Assembly: GCA_963842815.1 (NCBI GenBank)
Contig: CAWJHU010000003.1
Location: forward strand, 27,683-91,682
Source: Candidatus Nomurabacteria bacterium
GTDB lineage: Bacteria > Patescibacteriota > Minisyncoccia > Phycocordibacterales > UBA9973
Reading direction: 5' to 3'
Length of the DNA: 64,000 bases
Both the position numbers and the translations under genes were made by a program. How positions within the stretch are numbered: the first letter of the stretch is position 1; each line of letters starts with the position of its first letter. The notes under the pieces were generated by a model. The model did not search any database and was not told where the DNA came from. It worked only from the letters and a program-made list of their open reading frames with translations. Positions 50,019 through 60,132 of this stretch are shown piece by piece.

Positions 50019-50939
50019 CTACAAATATTGCTTGATTATTTCGGCTGATTTTTTTAACTTTTCTTTTTCTTCAACATTTAATTCAACCGGCCAAGATTTA
50101 ACAACTCCCGTATTTCCGATAATTGCCGGAGACCCGAGACAAACACCGCTTACTCCATTCCAATCTTCCAGTCTATGAGAAGCGGGCATAATTTTATTTT
50201 GATTAAATAATATGGCTTCAACTATATCTGCCACCACCATGGCAATGCCGTAATAGGTTGCGCCTTTTCTATTGATTATTTCATAGGCCTCTTTTTTTAC
50301 AGATTCTTCCACATTTTTTCTTTCCTCTTCCGAAAGCATATCTTTTACCGATTTACCGCCGATGCTAACCGTACTCCAGGCGATAAATTCGCTATCGCCG
50401 TGCTCACCCAAAGCAAAACCTTCCACCTGATTGCTGTCCGTTTTAAAGCGTTCAGCTAAATTCAAATGAAGTCTTGCTGTGTCCAACCCTGTTCCCGTTC
50501 CAAAAACTTGCCCTTTGGGCAAACCGGAAATTTCCTGCGCCAGATAGGTAATAATATCCACCGGATTGCTAACAACCACTATAATCGTTGACGATTTAAT
50601 TTGCCCGATTTCTTTAAAGATGGATGAGATAATACTTTTATTTTTTGCCACTAAATCCAGCCTGGTTTCTCCGGGTTTTTGGGCCACACCAGCTGTTAAA
50701 ATTATAATGTCGGCATCGGCAGTATTTTTATAGCTACCGACTTTTACGTCTTCCAGCTCGGAAAAAGATAGCCCATCGCCGATATCCAAAACTTCTCCCT
50801 TAACTTTTTCAGCATTTATATCTACCAATAAAATTTCAGACCCTAGGTTTTTAACCACCAAAGTATAGGCCACTGTTGAGCCGACGGCCCCTGCCCCAAT
50901 TATCGCTATTTTTTGTTTTAGATTATTTTTATTATCCAT
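50019..50939 (-). CDS. ldh: L-lactate dehydrogenase
   Basis: GAGAVG, AQKPGETRLDL (Gln specificity residue), LDTAR, GEHGDS. Confidence 0.9.
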   Translation of the reverse strand: MDNKNNLKQKIAIIGAGAVGSTVAYTLVVKNLGSEILLVDINAEKVKGEVLDIGDGLSFSELEDVKVGSYKNTADADIIILTAGVAQKPGETRLDLVAKNKSIISSIFKEIGQIKSSTIIVVVSNPVDIITYLAQEISGLPKGQVFGTGTGLDTARLHLNLAERFKTDSNQVEGFALGEHGDSEFIAWSTVSIGGKSVKDMLSEEERKNVEESVKKEAYEIINRKGATYYGIAMVVADIVEAILFNQNKIMPASHRLEDWNGVSGVCLGSPAIIGNTGVVKSWPVELNVEEKEKLKKSAEIIKQYL

Positions 50940-50959
50940 ATTACATATATAATACCATA

Positions 50960-51337
50960 CTACTTAAATAAATTCTTTAAAAAAGAGAAGAAACCGGAGG
51001 AATCGGTTTGGGACTGCGTTTCCGGTAAATTTTTATCCTCGGTAATCATAATCATATTTTCTCCGTCTTTTGCCAAGCCGAATTTGTTCCGAATACTCTC
51101 CTCCACCCCTGCTTCTGTTTTTAGGCTGTTAATATCGGAACTGAGTTTTGCTTTTGATTTTTCCAATTCCGCAATTTTATCTTCCACTATTTTTTTGTTT
51201 TTAGCGGTTTCTTCCATCTTGCCTACAAAACTGAACATGCTGAAAATAAAAGCAAGGATAATGATACCCAAAAATATCAGGGATGGCTTTGACTGCATTA
51301 GGCGCTTCCATTTTTCCTTTTTTTGAAAATTTCTCAT
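50960..51337 (-). CDS. Septum formation initiator (FtsB/DivIC-like)
   Basis: TM segment, coiled coil, EESIRNKFGLAKDGE. Confidence 0.85.
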   Translation of the reverse strand: MRNFQKKEKWKRLMQSKPSLIFLGIIILAFIFSMFSFVGKMEETAKNKKIVEDKIAELEKSKAKLSSDINSLKTEAGVEESIRNKFGLAKDGENMIMITEDKNLPETQSQTDSSGFFSFLKNLFK

Positions 51338-51356
51338 AATATGATAGCATTATAGT

Positions 51357-51470
51357 ATGTTTTTCAATAAAAAACACCAAAAGAAAATACAGCTGATTTG
51401 GACGATAATTTCCATATTGATGGTGGTAGGTATGATTTTGCTTTATTTCCCTTCTTTTAGGGGAAATTAA
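51357..51470 (+). CDS. 37-aa single-TM microprotein
   Basis: MFFNKKHQKKIQLIWTIISILMVVGMILLYFPSFRGN fills the gap; TGn-TAGCAT 6 nt before the ATG. Confidence 0.6.
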   Translation: MFFNKKHQKKIQLIWTIISILMVVGMILLYFPSFRGN

Positions 51471-51471
51471 T

Positions 51472-53286
51472 TTAATCCTTTCCGGCGCGCATCATTTTCA
51501 AGAAAACGTCCTGGGTGATGTTCACTTTGGCATTTTCCCTCATTCTGGCTTTCCCTTTTTTCTGTTTTTCAAGCAATTTCTTTTTTCGGCTGACATCTCC
51601 TCCTCCAACGACTTTGCTGCCGTGCATTAAAACATCTTTACGAAAAGCAGAAACGGCTTCGGAGGCAATAATTCTTCCCAAGGCTTTTCCTTGGATTTTG
51701 AAAGCAAATTGCTGGCGCGGAATAATGCTTTTTAATTTTTCCACCTGAGCGCGGGCTTCTTCTTCCACTCTTTTTTTTGAAACAATTCTGCAAAAGGCCG
51801 GCATCGGTTCATCGGCCACTAAAATATCCAACTTGGCGACATCCGCTTCCCTGTATTTTCCAATTTCATAGGAAATGGAAGCATAGCCGGAAGTAATACT
51901 TTTTAAATCATCAAAAAAATTGCGCATCAGCTCACGCAGAGGCATGTCCAAACTTATTACGGACCGATTGTCTCCGAAACTTTCCGTCATATGCACCTCT
52001 GCTTCATGTTCAAAAAGAAAAGGCATCAAAATACTGGTATATTTCTGCGGAGTAATAACTTTTACCAAAACCCAAGGCTCATAGATTTTTAAAATTTGCC
52101 CATCTTCCGGAAAAAAATGCGGAGAATAAACCATCTGCTCTTTATTATTCTTTAAAATTACTTTGTAGGTGATGGAAGGCATTGTCACCACCAGGCGCAG
52201 GTCAAATTCCCTTTTTAAACGTTCGGTGATTATTTCCAAGTGAAGCATCCCAAGAAATCCGCAACGAAAACCTTTTCCCAGAGTCCCGGAAGCTTCTTCT
52301 TCGTAGGAAAAGGCGGAGTCGGAAAGTTTCAGACGTCCCAGGGCAAGTTTCAAATTCGCAAAATCATCGGCATCCTCCGGATAAACGGACGCCCAGACCA
52401 CCGGTTTTGGATTCATATAACCGGGCAGTGGATGCATCGGCTTTTTATTGAAAGTAATCGTATCCCCGACGGAAGCAATTCCCGGTTTTTTTATCCCCGT
52501 TACTATATAACCAATCTCTCCCACATCAATTGAATTTTTTGGATTTTCTTCCGGGGAAAATATCCCCACTTCAAGGGCCATAAATTTTTCTTTGGAAACG
52601 GAAAAGAGCAGACTGTCGCCCTTTTTTATCGAACCGCTAAAAAGCCTGACATACACAATTACACCCCGATGATTGTCATATTTAAAATCAAATACCAGTG
52701 CCTGACAGCTATCTTTTACATCGTCGTAAATTGTCGGCGCCGGCACTTTTTTTATTATTTCTTCCAATAAATTTTTTACACCCTGCCCTGTTTTTCCGGA
52801 AACTTCCAAAATAGAATCCGGGTCAATGTTAAGCAACACTGCCACTTCCATTTTTACCTCCTCCACCCTAGCCAAAGGAGAATCTACCTTTGATAACACC
52901 GGAATGATAACAAGCCCGCTTTCGCGAGCCATTTCCAAAGTCGTTAGAGTTTGTGCTTGAACGCCCTGGGTCGCGTCTACGAGCAAAATAGAGCCTTCTA
53001 CGGCCTTTAGAGCGCGGGAAACCTCATAGGAGAAATCTATATGCCCGGGAGTATCTATAAGATTTAAGATATAATTTTGACCCCCTGAAGCATACTCCAT
53101 TCTGACCGGCTGCATTTTGATGGTAATTCCCCGTTCCCGTTCAAGTTCCATGGAATCAAGTACCTGGTCTCGCATTTTGCGTTCTTCTATGGTATGGGTA
53201 ATTTCCAGCATCCTGTCCGCCAAAGTGCTTTTGCCGTGGTCTATGTGAGCTATGATTGAAAAATTTCGGATGTGTTTTAAATCCAT
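51472..53286 (-). CDS. lepA: Elongation factor 4
   Basis: IAHIDHGKSTL, DTPGHIDF, GFLGMLH, RKKKLLEKQKKGK. Confidence 0.99.
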   Translation of the reverse strand: MDLKHIRNFSIIAHIDHGKSTLADRMLEITHTIEERKMRDQVLDSMELERERGITIKMQPVRMEYASGGQNYILNLIDTPGHIDFSYEVSRALKAVEGSILLVDATQGVQAQTLTTLEMARESGLVIIPVLSKVDSPLARVEEVKMEVAVLLNIDPDSILEVSGKTGQGVKNLLEEIIKKVPAPTIYDDVKDSCQALVFDFKYDNHRGVIVYVRLFSGSIKKGDSLLFSVSKEKFMALEVGIFSPEENPKNSIDVGEIGYIVTGIKKPGIASVGDTITFNKKPMHPLPGYMNPKPVVWASVYPEDADDFANLKLALGRLKLSDSAFSYEEEASGTLGKGFRCGFLGMLHLEIITERLKREFDLRLVVTMPSITYKVILKNNKEQMVYSPHFFPEDGQILKIYEPWVLVKVITPQKYTSILMPFLFEHEAEVHMTESFGDNRSVISLDMPLRELMRNFFDDLKSITSGYASISYEIGKYREADVAKLDILVADEPMPAFCRIVSKKRVEEEARAQVEKLKSIIPRQQFAFKIQGKALGRIIASEAVSAFRKDVLMHGSKVVGGGDVSRKKKLLEKQKKGKARMRENAKVNITQDVFLKMMRAGKD

Positions 53287-53323
53287 AAATTTATATTAAC
53301 AGAAATTTAGAAAATTACTATTT

Positions 53324-55003
53324 TTAAAGTTCCTCCTGGGGAGAAATGAGAACTTTTGTGCGCCAGAATTTTGTTTTAAGAGCTTCAAAGAGGTCTTTCA
53401 ATTCCTCGCTCTTCAGAAGATACAACACCAGAACACCAGCCAAAATACCTAAAATTCCGGAAATAAATCCCTGAAAGAACACTCCCCAGCCGGTGGTAGT
53501 GCCGAAAATCGGTGAAAAAATATTCAAGCCAAGGTAAGCTACCAACCCAATAAAAAATGAAGCGCCCAAACTTTGGAAAAAAGTTTTGCTGATGAAAGAT
53601 TCGGTCGGCATAAAATCTTTTTTAACATAAATCCAATGTAGAATAAAATTGAGGATGGTGCCGACGGAGTAAGCCAGTGGAAGCATTAAAACTTCCGTGC
53701 CGGGAATGTCATTTACTTTCAGCAAGGATTCCATAAAATAGCGGAAGAAGGTAAAGTTCTCAAAAATTTTCATAAATAAATAAGCGAAAAAGATAATCAG
53801 GACGGAACATATCAAATTAAGCACCAGCGGACGCTTGGTTTCCCCTTTTGCGTAGTAAGCGCGGGAAACAAGCGAAATCATTCCCTGGGCCAAAACCGAA
53901 ACGGAAAAAATAGCGAGACAGGCGGCCGCCAGACGGGTATCGTTCCAGGAAAAATTACCGGAACCAAGAATGACACGGACAATCTGCGCCCGAAGCACGA
54001 TAAAAAGAAAAGTGGCCGGGATAGACCAAAAAGCTATTGCCCTGGCGGAAGCTTTTAGGTGCTCGTTAAAATGGTCATGCCTCCCTTCCGAAATGGACCG
54101 CGCCAGAGTGGGAAAAGCCGCCACCGCATAGGAAACACCGATGATACCAAGCGGAACCGATTGCAAATTGAAAGAAAAATTAAATATGGAGATGGAGCCA
54201 ACCGCCAAGAACGAAGCAAAAAATGTCATAGAAATTTCGGCCATATTATTAAAAGCCAGGCCCAAAGTTCTTGGGAGCGAGGTTAAAGCTACCCTTTTGA
54301 TATCTTCAAAATTAATGGAAAAAGAAAACTTCGGTGTAAAACCGCAGTTGTGGGAGGCCCAGGCTTGTATGCCAAAATGCATAAGGGCACCGAAAACAAC
54401 CCCAAAGGCCAGACCATAAATTCCGAAAGTAGGATAGAGAAAGATAACGCCGACAATAATGCCGATATTATAAAGAATCGGACTCAGAGAGTAAATAAAA
54501 AATTTCTGAAAAAGCTGGGTAATTGTGCCGAAAAGATTTGAGAGGCCCATTAAAATGGGCGAGAGCAACATTATGCGGGAAAGTTCAATGGCTTTTAGTT
54601 GCAAGGCGGGCGTAAAACCGGGGGCGATAAAAAATATCAGATGGGGCATCAGAAAAAAAAGAATAATGGAAACAAACACCATAACGCCGAAAAAAACGGT
54701 AAAAACATCTCCCAAGAATTTTTCTGCTTCTTTGGTTGCCTTCCCTTCGGACATTCTGGCTGAAATAAAGGGAATGAGAACAGTTATGGAAGCAAGGGAG
54801 GCAACGCAAATAAAAATAAGGTCCGGCACACGAAAAGCGGCATAATAGGCATCCAGCTGAGGAGACGGACCAATAAAGCGGGCAATGTTTCGGTCGCGGA
54901 AAAGCGCCAGAATTTGGGAGAGAAGAGTAAAACAGCCCATCAAGAGAGCAGCTTGATTTATATTTCCATATTCTTTACTGAAAATTCTGAAGAATTTCTG
55001 CAT
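53324..55003 (-). CDS. murJ: Lipid II flippase MurJ
   Basis: AYYAAFRVPDL, many TM segments, RAYYA. Confidence 0.92.
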   Translation of the reverse strand: MQKFFRIFSKEYGNINQAALLMGCFTLLSQILALFRDRNIARFIGPSPQLDAYYAAFRVPDLIFICVASLASITVLIPFISARMSEGKATKEAEKFLGDVFTVFFGVMVFVSIILFFLMPHLIFFIAPGFTPALQLKAIELSRIMLLSPILMGLSNLFGTITQLFQKFFIYSLSPILYNIGIIVGVIFLYPTFGIYGLAFGVVFGALMHFGIQAWASHNCGFTPKFSFSINFEDIKRVALTSLPRTLGLAFNNMAEISMTFFASFLAVGSISIFNFSFNLQSVPLGIIGVSYAVAAFPTLARSISEGRHDHFNEHLKASARAIAFWSIPATFLFIVLRAQIVRVILGSGNFSWNDTRLAAACLAIFSVSVLAQGMISLVSRAYYAKGETKRPLVLNLICSVLIIFFAYLFMKIFENFTFFRYFMESLLKVNDIPGTEVLMLPLAYSVGTILNFILHWIYVKKDFMPTESFISKTFFQSLGASFFIGLVAYLGLNIFSPIFGTTTGWGVFFQGFISGILGILAGVLVLYLLKSEELKDLFEALKTKFWRTKVLISPQEEL

Positions 55004-55019
55004 TTTTATTTAGTTAATA

Positions 55020-57137
55020 CTATTTTTTCTTGGTAGTGTTTTTAGTGGCAGGGGTCAGAGTTGGAGCAGTGGAAGGGGTTGTTATGACGGGAACCGGAGC
55101 GGAATTTCCATTTTTCAGATTATTTACATACTGAATTAAATCTTTATTGTCTGGAGCAAGAACCAGCGCCGCTTCTGCGTAGGAAAGAGCATCCGTATTA
55201 TTACCGTCGCTTTTTTCTATCTGAGAAAGAGCAACCAAAGCTTCCAAATAATCGGACTTCAGAGAAATTGCTTCCTTGGCTGCATCCCTGGCATCTTTCG
55301 TATCTCCGTTATTAAAATAGGAACGCGCTATGGAAAGTTTAATGCCTGGATTCAAAGGATTAAGAGTGGCCGCTGTTTTATACACTTCAATTGCTTTATT
55401 GTAAGCATCTTTCACCCCAAGCGCCCCAACCGTATCATAGACAGTTCCCAAAGAATTATAATTTAAATAGTTTGTATCATCATAGGCTATTGCCAGTTGG
55501 GCGCCGTTTACTGCCCTGTTAAAACTTGTTTGCAAATCACTTTTATCCGCATCACTCAGAGAAGACCCCTTGGCAGCCAAGGAATTAATTTTTACTATGT
55601 AAACCTGCGCATAGGTGCGTAGGTATAAATCATTTTGATATAACGAAATGGCTTTGGTAATGGAATCTTCAGCGGCTGGAATAGTTGTGGCGGAAAATGT
55701 TTTGCTAAAATACGAAACGGAAGCCAGCCGTTCCACGTATTTGAATCCGACGGCCGCAGAGGCAATCATTAATATCACCAAAAGCAGTATGGAAAGAAAA
55801 CTTTTTCTAGGATTATCAAAGAATGAAAGAGAAATTTCTCCATCGGGATGATTCAAAGAAGATAATCCTATAAATACTCCGGCAAAAGCAAAAGCCAGCA
55901 AAAATATAACCCCGCCGGTGGAATAGAAAAATGAGGAAACGAACAAATAAAGGGAGGCCACAAAAAACACTACTACTTCCCAGTTCAGATTGTTTTTGAT
56001 GCTGGAAAAAAGAGACTTTATTCCGGCAGTTAGAAACAAAACAAAAAATGTAAGCCAAGCTAAAATTCCCAAAATTCCGGTGGTGGAAGCGAATGTAGGC
56101 AAAAGGCCTGAACCAAAATTAAAAGAAGTATTCCAAAATTGAGTAGAGTTGATAACTTGCGGTTTGTACATTGCCCATACCTCTTCAAATTTGTTCGGAC
56201 CCACTCCCAAAATCGGATTTTTCATCAGAGTATCTTTTGTTACCGAGATGGTGGTACCCAGAGAAGGCCTAACTTCAACATTGGATAAACCCAAGGCGTT
56301 CGGCAAAATTCCTCCAATAAATTGGCTGGACATGAAGAACAAAAGCGAGACCATAACCACCGTAAAGGAAAAAACCGGGAAATGTTTCTTTTCTCCTTCC
56401 GCCTGTTTCCCGCCAAAGGAAAATGAAATTTTATAAACAAAAATAATTAAGGCAAAAATTCCGAGAAGTTCCCAAATTAAGGAGAAATTGACCACCGCAG
56501 ACAATACAATAGAGAATGCAATCAAAATTCCCAAGAGCCATTTAACCGGTTTAAGAACCGGAAGAAATTCAATTATAAAAAGAGATATAACGGTAGAAAA
56601 TCCGGCAAAAAGACCGAAGGCATTCCAGGATCCCAGGATACTATCTGTCTTGCCGCTTAAAACTCCCAGCGATAACAAATCGGGCATAAATAAACGCAAG
56701 CTCTGAAAAACGAATAAAACAAGAGAAGATAAAATTACTCCCAGAAAAACCATCTCCGCATCTTTTTTATCCTTTAAAACAATGGAGGAAACCAGCATTA
56801 AAAGAAAAGCTCCCAACATAAAATAGAAAGTACCCGTATCCAACATGGTGCCAAAAAGAGAGACTTTTAGGGCCGAAGAAAACAAAGCGGAAATAAGAAA
56901 GACCAAAAGAATGCCCAGGCCGGAAAGCAAAAGTTTGGATTTTGGCAAATTAATTTTGCCGTCTGAAAATCGAGCCGCTATCCAAAAAATAATTGAAACA
57001 GCCAATCCCATCACCAAAAGCAGGCCCTTGGAAGTTTCAATCGGAATTTGAGTAAAAGGTAAAAAGAAAATCGGCAATAAGACAATTACTAAAAAGAGTG
57101 ACCAAAAAGAAATTCTATCTAAAATGTTTGATAACAT
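55020..57137 (-). CDS. Polytopic membrane protein (O-antigen ligase-like) with C-terminal TPRs
   Basis: Many TM segments, PILGVGP motif, TPR-like tail. Confidence 0.75.
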   Translation of the reverse strand: MLSNILDRISFWSLFLVIVLLPIFFLPFTQIPIETSKGLLLVMGLAVSIIFWIAARFSDGKINLPKSKLLLSGLGILLVFLISALFSSALKVSLFGTMLDTGTFYFMLGAFLLMLVSSIVLKDKKDAEMVFLGVILSSLVLFVFQSLRLFMPDLLSLGVLSGKTDSILGSWNAFGLFAGFSTVISLFIIEFLPVLKPVKWLLGILIAFSIVLSAVVNFSLIWELLGIFALIIFVYKISFSFGGKQAEGEKKHFPVFSFTVVMVSLLFFMSSQFIGGILPNALGLSNVEVRPSLGTTISVTKDTLMKNPILGVGPNKFEEVWAMYKPQVINSTQFWNTSFNFGSGLLPTFASTTGILGILAWLTFFVLFLTAGIKSLFSSIKNNLNWEVVVFFVASLYLFVSSFFYSTGGVIFLLAFAFAGVFIGLSSLNHPDGEISLSFFDNPRKSFLSILLLVILMIASAAVGFKYVERLASVSYFSKTFSATTIPAAEDSITKAISLYQNDLYLRTYAQVYIVKINSLAAKGSSLSDADKSDLQTSFNRAVNGAQLAIAYDDTNYLNYNSLGTVYDTVGALGVKDAYNKAIEVYKTAATLNPLNPGIKLSIARSYFNNGDTKDARDAAKEAISLKSDYLEALVALSQIEKSDGNNTDALSYAEAALVLAPDNKDLIQYVNNLKNGNSAPVPVITTPSTAPTLTPATKNTTKKK

Positions 57138-57236
57138 ATAAATTTTATTATTTTTAAAACGCTAATAAAAACTTCAACGACTTTATTGATACTCACATCA
57201 TACTATAAATTGACCGCATTTAACAAGCATATTGGG

Positions 57237-60125
57237 CTAGTTTAATATGTTGATAACTCTGTTTTTTATGTAAATTATTCTTTTTACTCCCTGGCCTAAA
57301 TGTCTCTGAACATTTGAATCTGCCAGAGCTTTTTTTCTTACTTCATCTTCCACTTCATCCATTTGAATTAAAATCTCCCCTCTGACTTTACCATTTACCT
57401 GCACGGCAATTTTTATTTCCTGGTCTTTCATTAAACTTTCATCCCATTTCGGCCAACTGGAAAAATGGATGCTTTTTTTCTCTCCCAAGCTCTGCCAAAT
57501 ATTTTCCGCAATGTGCGGAGCAAAGGGAGCCAAAATTTGCAGGAATTTTTTATAATCTTCCGTGTTGACATTCTCTGCCCTCTCCATTTCAGTGACCAAT
57601 ATCATCATGGCAGAAATTGCCGTATTGAAGCGCATATTTTCTATGTCTTCGGAAACTTTTTTGATAGTTTTATGCAAAAGTTTCAAAAGAAGGGAAGGCA
57701 AATAATTTTCAAGAGTCGTGGGTTCCCTGTCCTTTTGACTCCGAGGGCGAAGGCTCAGAAAATTATTTGCCTTCCCTTCTTTTACTTTTTCCCCTATCCT
57801 CCAAACTTTTTCTATAAATCTCCTAGAGCCGATAATGCTTTCCGTGCTCCAGGCTACCGCTTCTTCAAAGGGCCCCATAAACATTTCATAAACGCGCAAA
57901 GTGTCAGCGCCGTAGGTTTTAACAATATCATCCGGATTCACAACATTACCCAGCGATTTTGACATTTTGACTCCCCCTTCGCCTAAAATCATTCCGTGAG
58001 AAGTTCTTTTTTTGTATGGTTCTGTGGTCGGTACAAGTTTCAAATCGTATAAAAATTTATGCCAAAATCGCGAATACAAAAGGTGCAGAGTAGTATGCTC
58101 CATTCCGCCGTTATACCAATCCACGGGCGTCCAATATTTCAAATTCTTTTTACTGGCAAATTCTTTTGCATTTTTTGGGTCCGTGTACCTCAAATAGTAC
58201 CAAGAACTTCCCGCCCAATTCGGCATGGTATCTGTTTCTCTCTTGGCTTTCCCACCGCATTTGGGGCATTTAACATTTACCCATTTGGTGATACCAGCCA
58301 AGGGTGATTCTCCTGTGTCTGTCGGTTTATAACTTTTTACTTCCGGCAATTTTACCGGCAAATCTTTATCTTTCACTGGGACCAGTCCGCATTTTTCACA
58401 ATTGACGAGCGGAATCGGCTCACCCCAATATCGCTGCCTGGAAAAAACCCAATCTCTTAACTTGAATTTAGTCACAATTTTCCCGCCAACTGCTTCTGTA
58501 ATCTTTTTTTGCGCTTTCTCACTTGTAAGACCATTAAACTTTTTTGAGTTAATTAAAACTCCATTCTCTATAAAACATTTCTTTCCTTCATATATTTCAA
58601 AATCATAAAGTTCTTTTTCATCTTTAATTTTTTGTTTAGCTTCTTCATAACCCAACCAAAGAATATCATGCAGTGATTTTTCTTCTTCAGTTATATTATT
58701 TTGTTTTTCATCAATTAATTCTAATTCGACTAAATTACACAACAATCTTCTGTTTTCTTTTTTATGAGGATGAAAAAAATGAGATTGAGTAGTTAAACCT
58801 AAATCGCGAACAAATTTTGTTTTATAGCCAGTTTCTTCAAACACTTCTCGTATCGCGGTATCACCAGCTTTTTCGTTTTCTTCTATCCCTCCATAAACTT
58901 TTGAAACCTCATTAAAAGCTTTTGCAAACAGAAAAAGATATTTACCGTCAGACGGCCTTTTAACAAAAGCGGCGATGGCGTGTCTTTCTTTTTCGTCTAC
59001 TTGTGGTTCTCCAAAAATAGGTATAATCACAGTTTTTATCGGCAAACCATATTTTTTTGCAAACTCAAAATCTCTTTCATCGTGTGCAGGCACAGCCATC
59101 ACCGCACCAGTGCCGTATTCGGCGAGTACATAGTCGGCAATAAACACAGGCACTTCTTCATTATTTGCCGGGTTTATCGCTTTTATTTCTTTCAACTCAA
59201 TGCCTGTTTTTTCTTTCTCCTCCGCCATTCTTTCTAATTCTGTTTTGTTTTTTGTTGCTACAATATACTGTAGTACTTCGTTCCAATTTAAAATTTGTGG
59301 TTTTAGTTTTTGAATTAATGGGTGCTCTGGTGCTAACACCACATATGTCACCCCAAAAAGCGTGTCCGCGCGGGTGGTAAATACTTTGATATTCTCTTCT
59401 TTCGGGTGTCCAACACCCGAAATTATCTTAAATTCAATTTCGTTTCCTTCCGATTTCCCTATCCAATTTCTTTGTTGCGTTTTTACTCGCTCCGGATAGT
59501 CCACCAAATCCAAATCTTTATCCAATCTGTCCGCATATTTTGTGATACGGAGCATCCATTGTTCTTTTTCCCTCTTTTCCGTTTTGCTTCCGCAACGATC
59601 GCAAATTCCGCCGACGGCTTCTTCGTTGGCAAGACCAATTTTGTCTAATGGACACCAGTTTATATAAGATTTAGCCTTATAGGCCAAACCTTTTTTGAAA
59701 AATTGCAAAAATATCCACTGGGTCCATTTATAATATTTCGGGTCAGTGGTATTTATTTCCCGGGACCAATCAAAAGAAATCCCGAGCATTTTTATTTGCC
59801 TGCGAAATTTATCCGTGTTCTTTTTGGTTACTATTTTGGGGTGAATTCCCGTTTTAATGGCATAATTTTCCGTGGGCAAGCCGAAGGCATCCCAACCGAT
59901 AGGATAAAGCACATTAAAACCCTCCATTCTTTTTTTTCTGGAAATAACATCCATCCCGATATATGGTCTCGGATGCCCCACATGCAATCCATCACCGGAT
60001 GGATATGGAAACTCAATTAGGGAATAAAACTTTTTACCTTTGCCGTCTTTGGCTTGGTAAATTTTTTTCTTTTCCCATTCTTTCTGAATTTTTGATTCAA
60101 TTTTTTTATGGTCGTAATTTTTCAT
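57237..60125 (-). CDS. leuS: Leucyl-tRNA synthetase with an inserted Nudix domain
   Basis: FPYPSGDGLHVGH, RDWVFSRQRYWG, KMSKS. Confidence 0.98.
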   Translation of the reverse strand: MKNYDHKKIESKIQKEWEKKKIYQAKDGKGKKFYSLIEFPYPSGDGLHVGHPRPYIGMDVISRKKRMEGFNVLYPIGWDAFGLPTENYAIKTGIHPKIVTKKNTDKFRRQIKMLGISFDWSREINTTDPKYYKWTQWIFLQFFKKGLAYKAKSYINWCPLDKIGLANEEAVGGICDRCGSKTEKREKEQWMLRITKYADRLDKDLDLVDYPERVKTQQRNWIGKSEGNEIEFKIISGVGHPKEENIKVFTTRADTLFGVTYVVLAPEHPLIQKLKPQILNWNEVLQYIVATKNKTELERMAEEKEKTGIELKEIKAINPANNEEVPVFIADYVLAEYGTGAVMAVPAHDERDFEFAKKYGLPIKTVIIPIFGEPQVDEKERHAIAAFVKRPSDGKYLFLFAKAFNEVSKVYGGIEENEKAGDTAIREVFEETGYKTKFVRDLGLTTQSHFFHPHKKENRRLLCNLVELELIDEKQNNITEEEKSLHDILWLGYEEAKQKIKDEKELYDFEIYEGKKCFIENGVLINSKKFNGLTSEKAQKKITEAVGGKIVTKFKLRDWVFSRQRYWGEPIPLVNCEKCGLVPVKDKDLPVKLPEVKSYKPTDTGESPLAGITKWVNVKCPKCGGKAKRETDTMPNWAGSSWYYLRYTDPKNAKEFASKKNLKYWTPVDWYNGGMEHTTLHLLYSRFWHKFLYDLKLVPTTEPYKKRTSHGMILGEGGVKMSKSLGNVVNPDDIVKTYGADTLRVYEMFMGPFEEAVAWSTESIIGSRRFIEKVWRIGEKVKEGKANNFLSLRPRSQKDREPTTLENYLPSLLLKLLHKTIKKVSEDIENMRFNTAISAMMILVTEMERAENVNTEDYKKFLQILAPFAPHIAENIWQSLGEKKSIHFSSWPKWDESLMKDQEIKIAVQVNGKVRGEILIQMDEVEDEVRKKALADSNVQRHLGQGVKRIIYIKNRVINILN
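57685..57783. repeat. Intragenic 99-bp palindromic element in leuS
   Basis: Perfect 26-bp terminal IR AAAAGAAGGGAAGGCAAATAATTTTC. Confidence 0.92.
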
Positions 60126-60132
60126 TTCTAAA

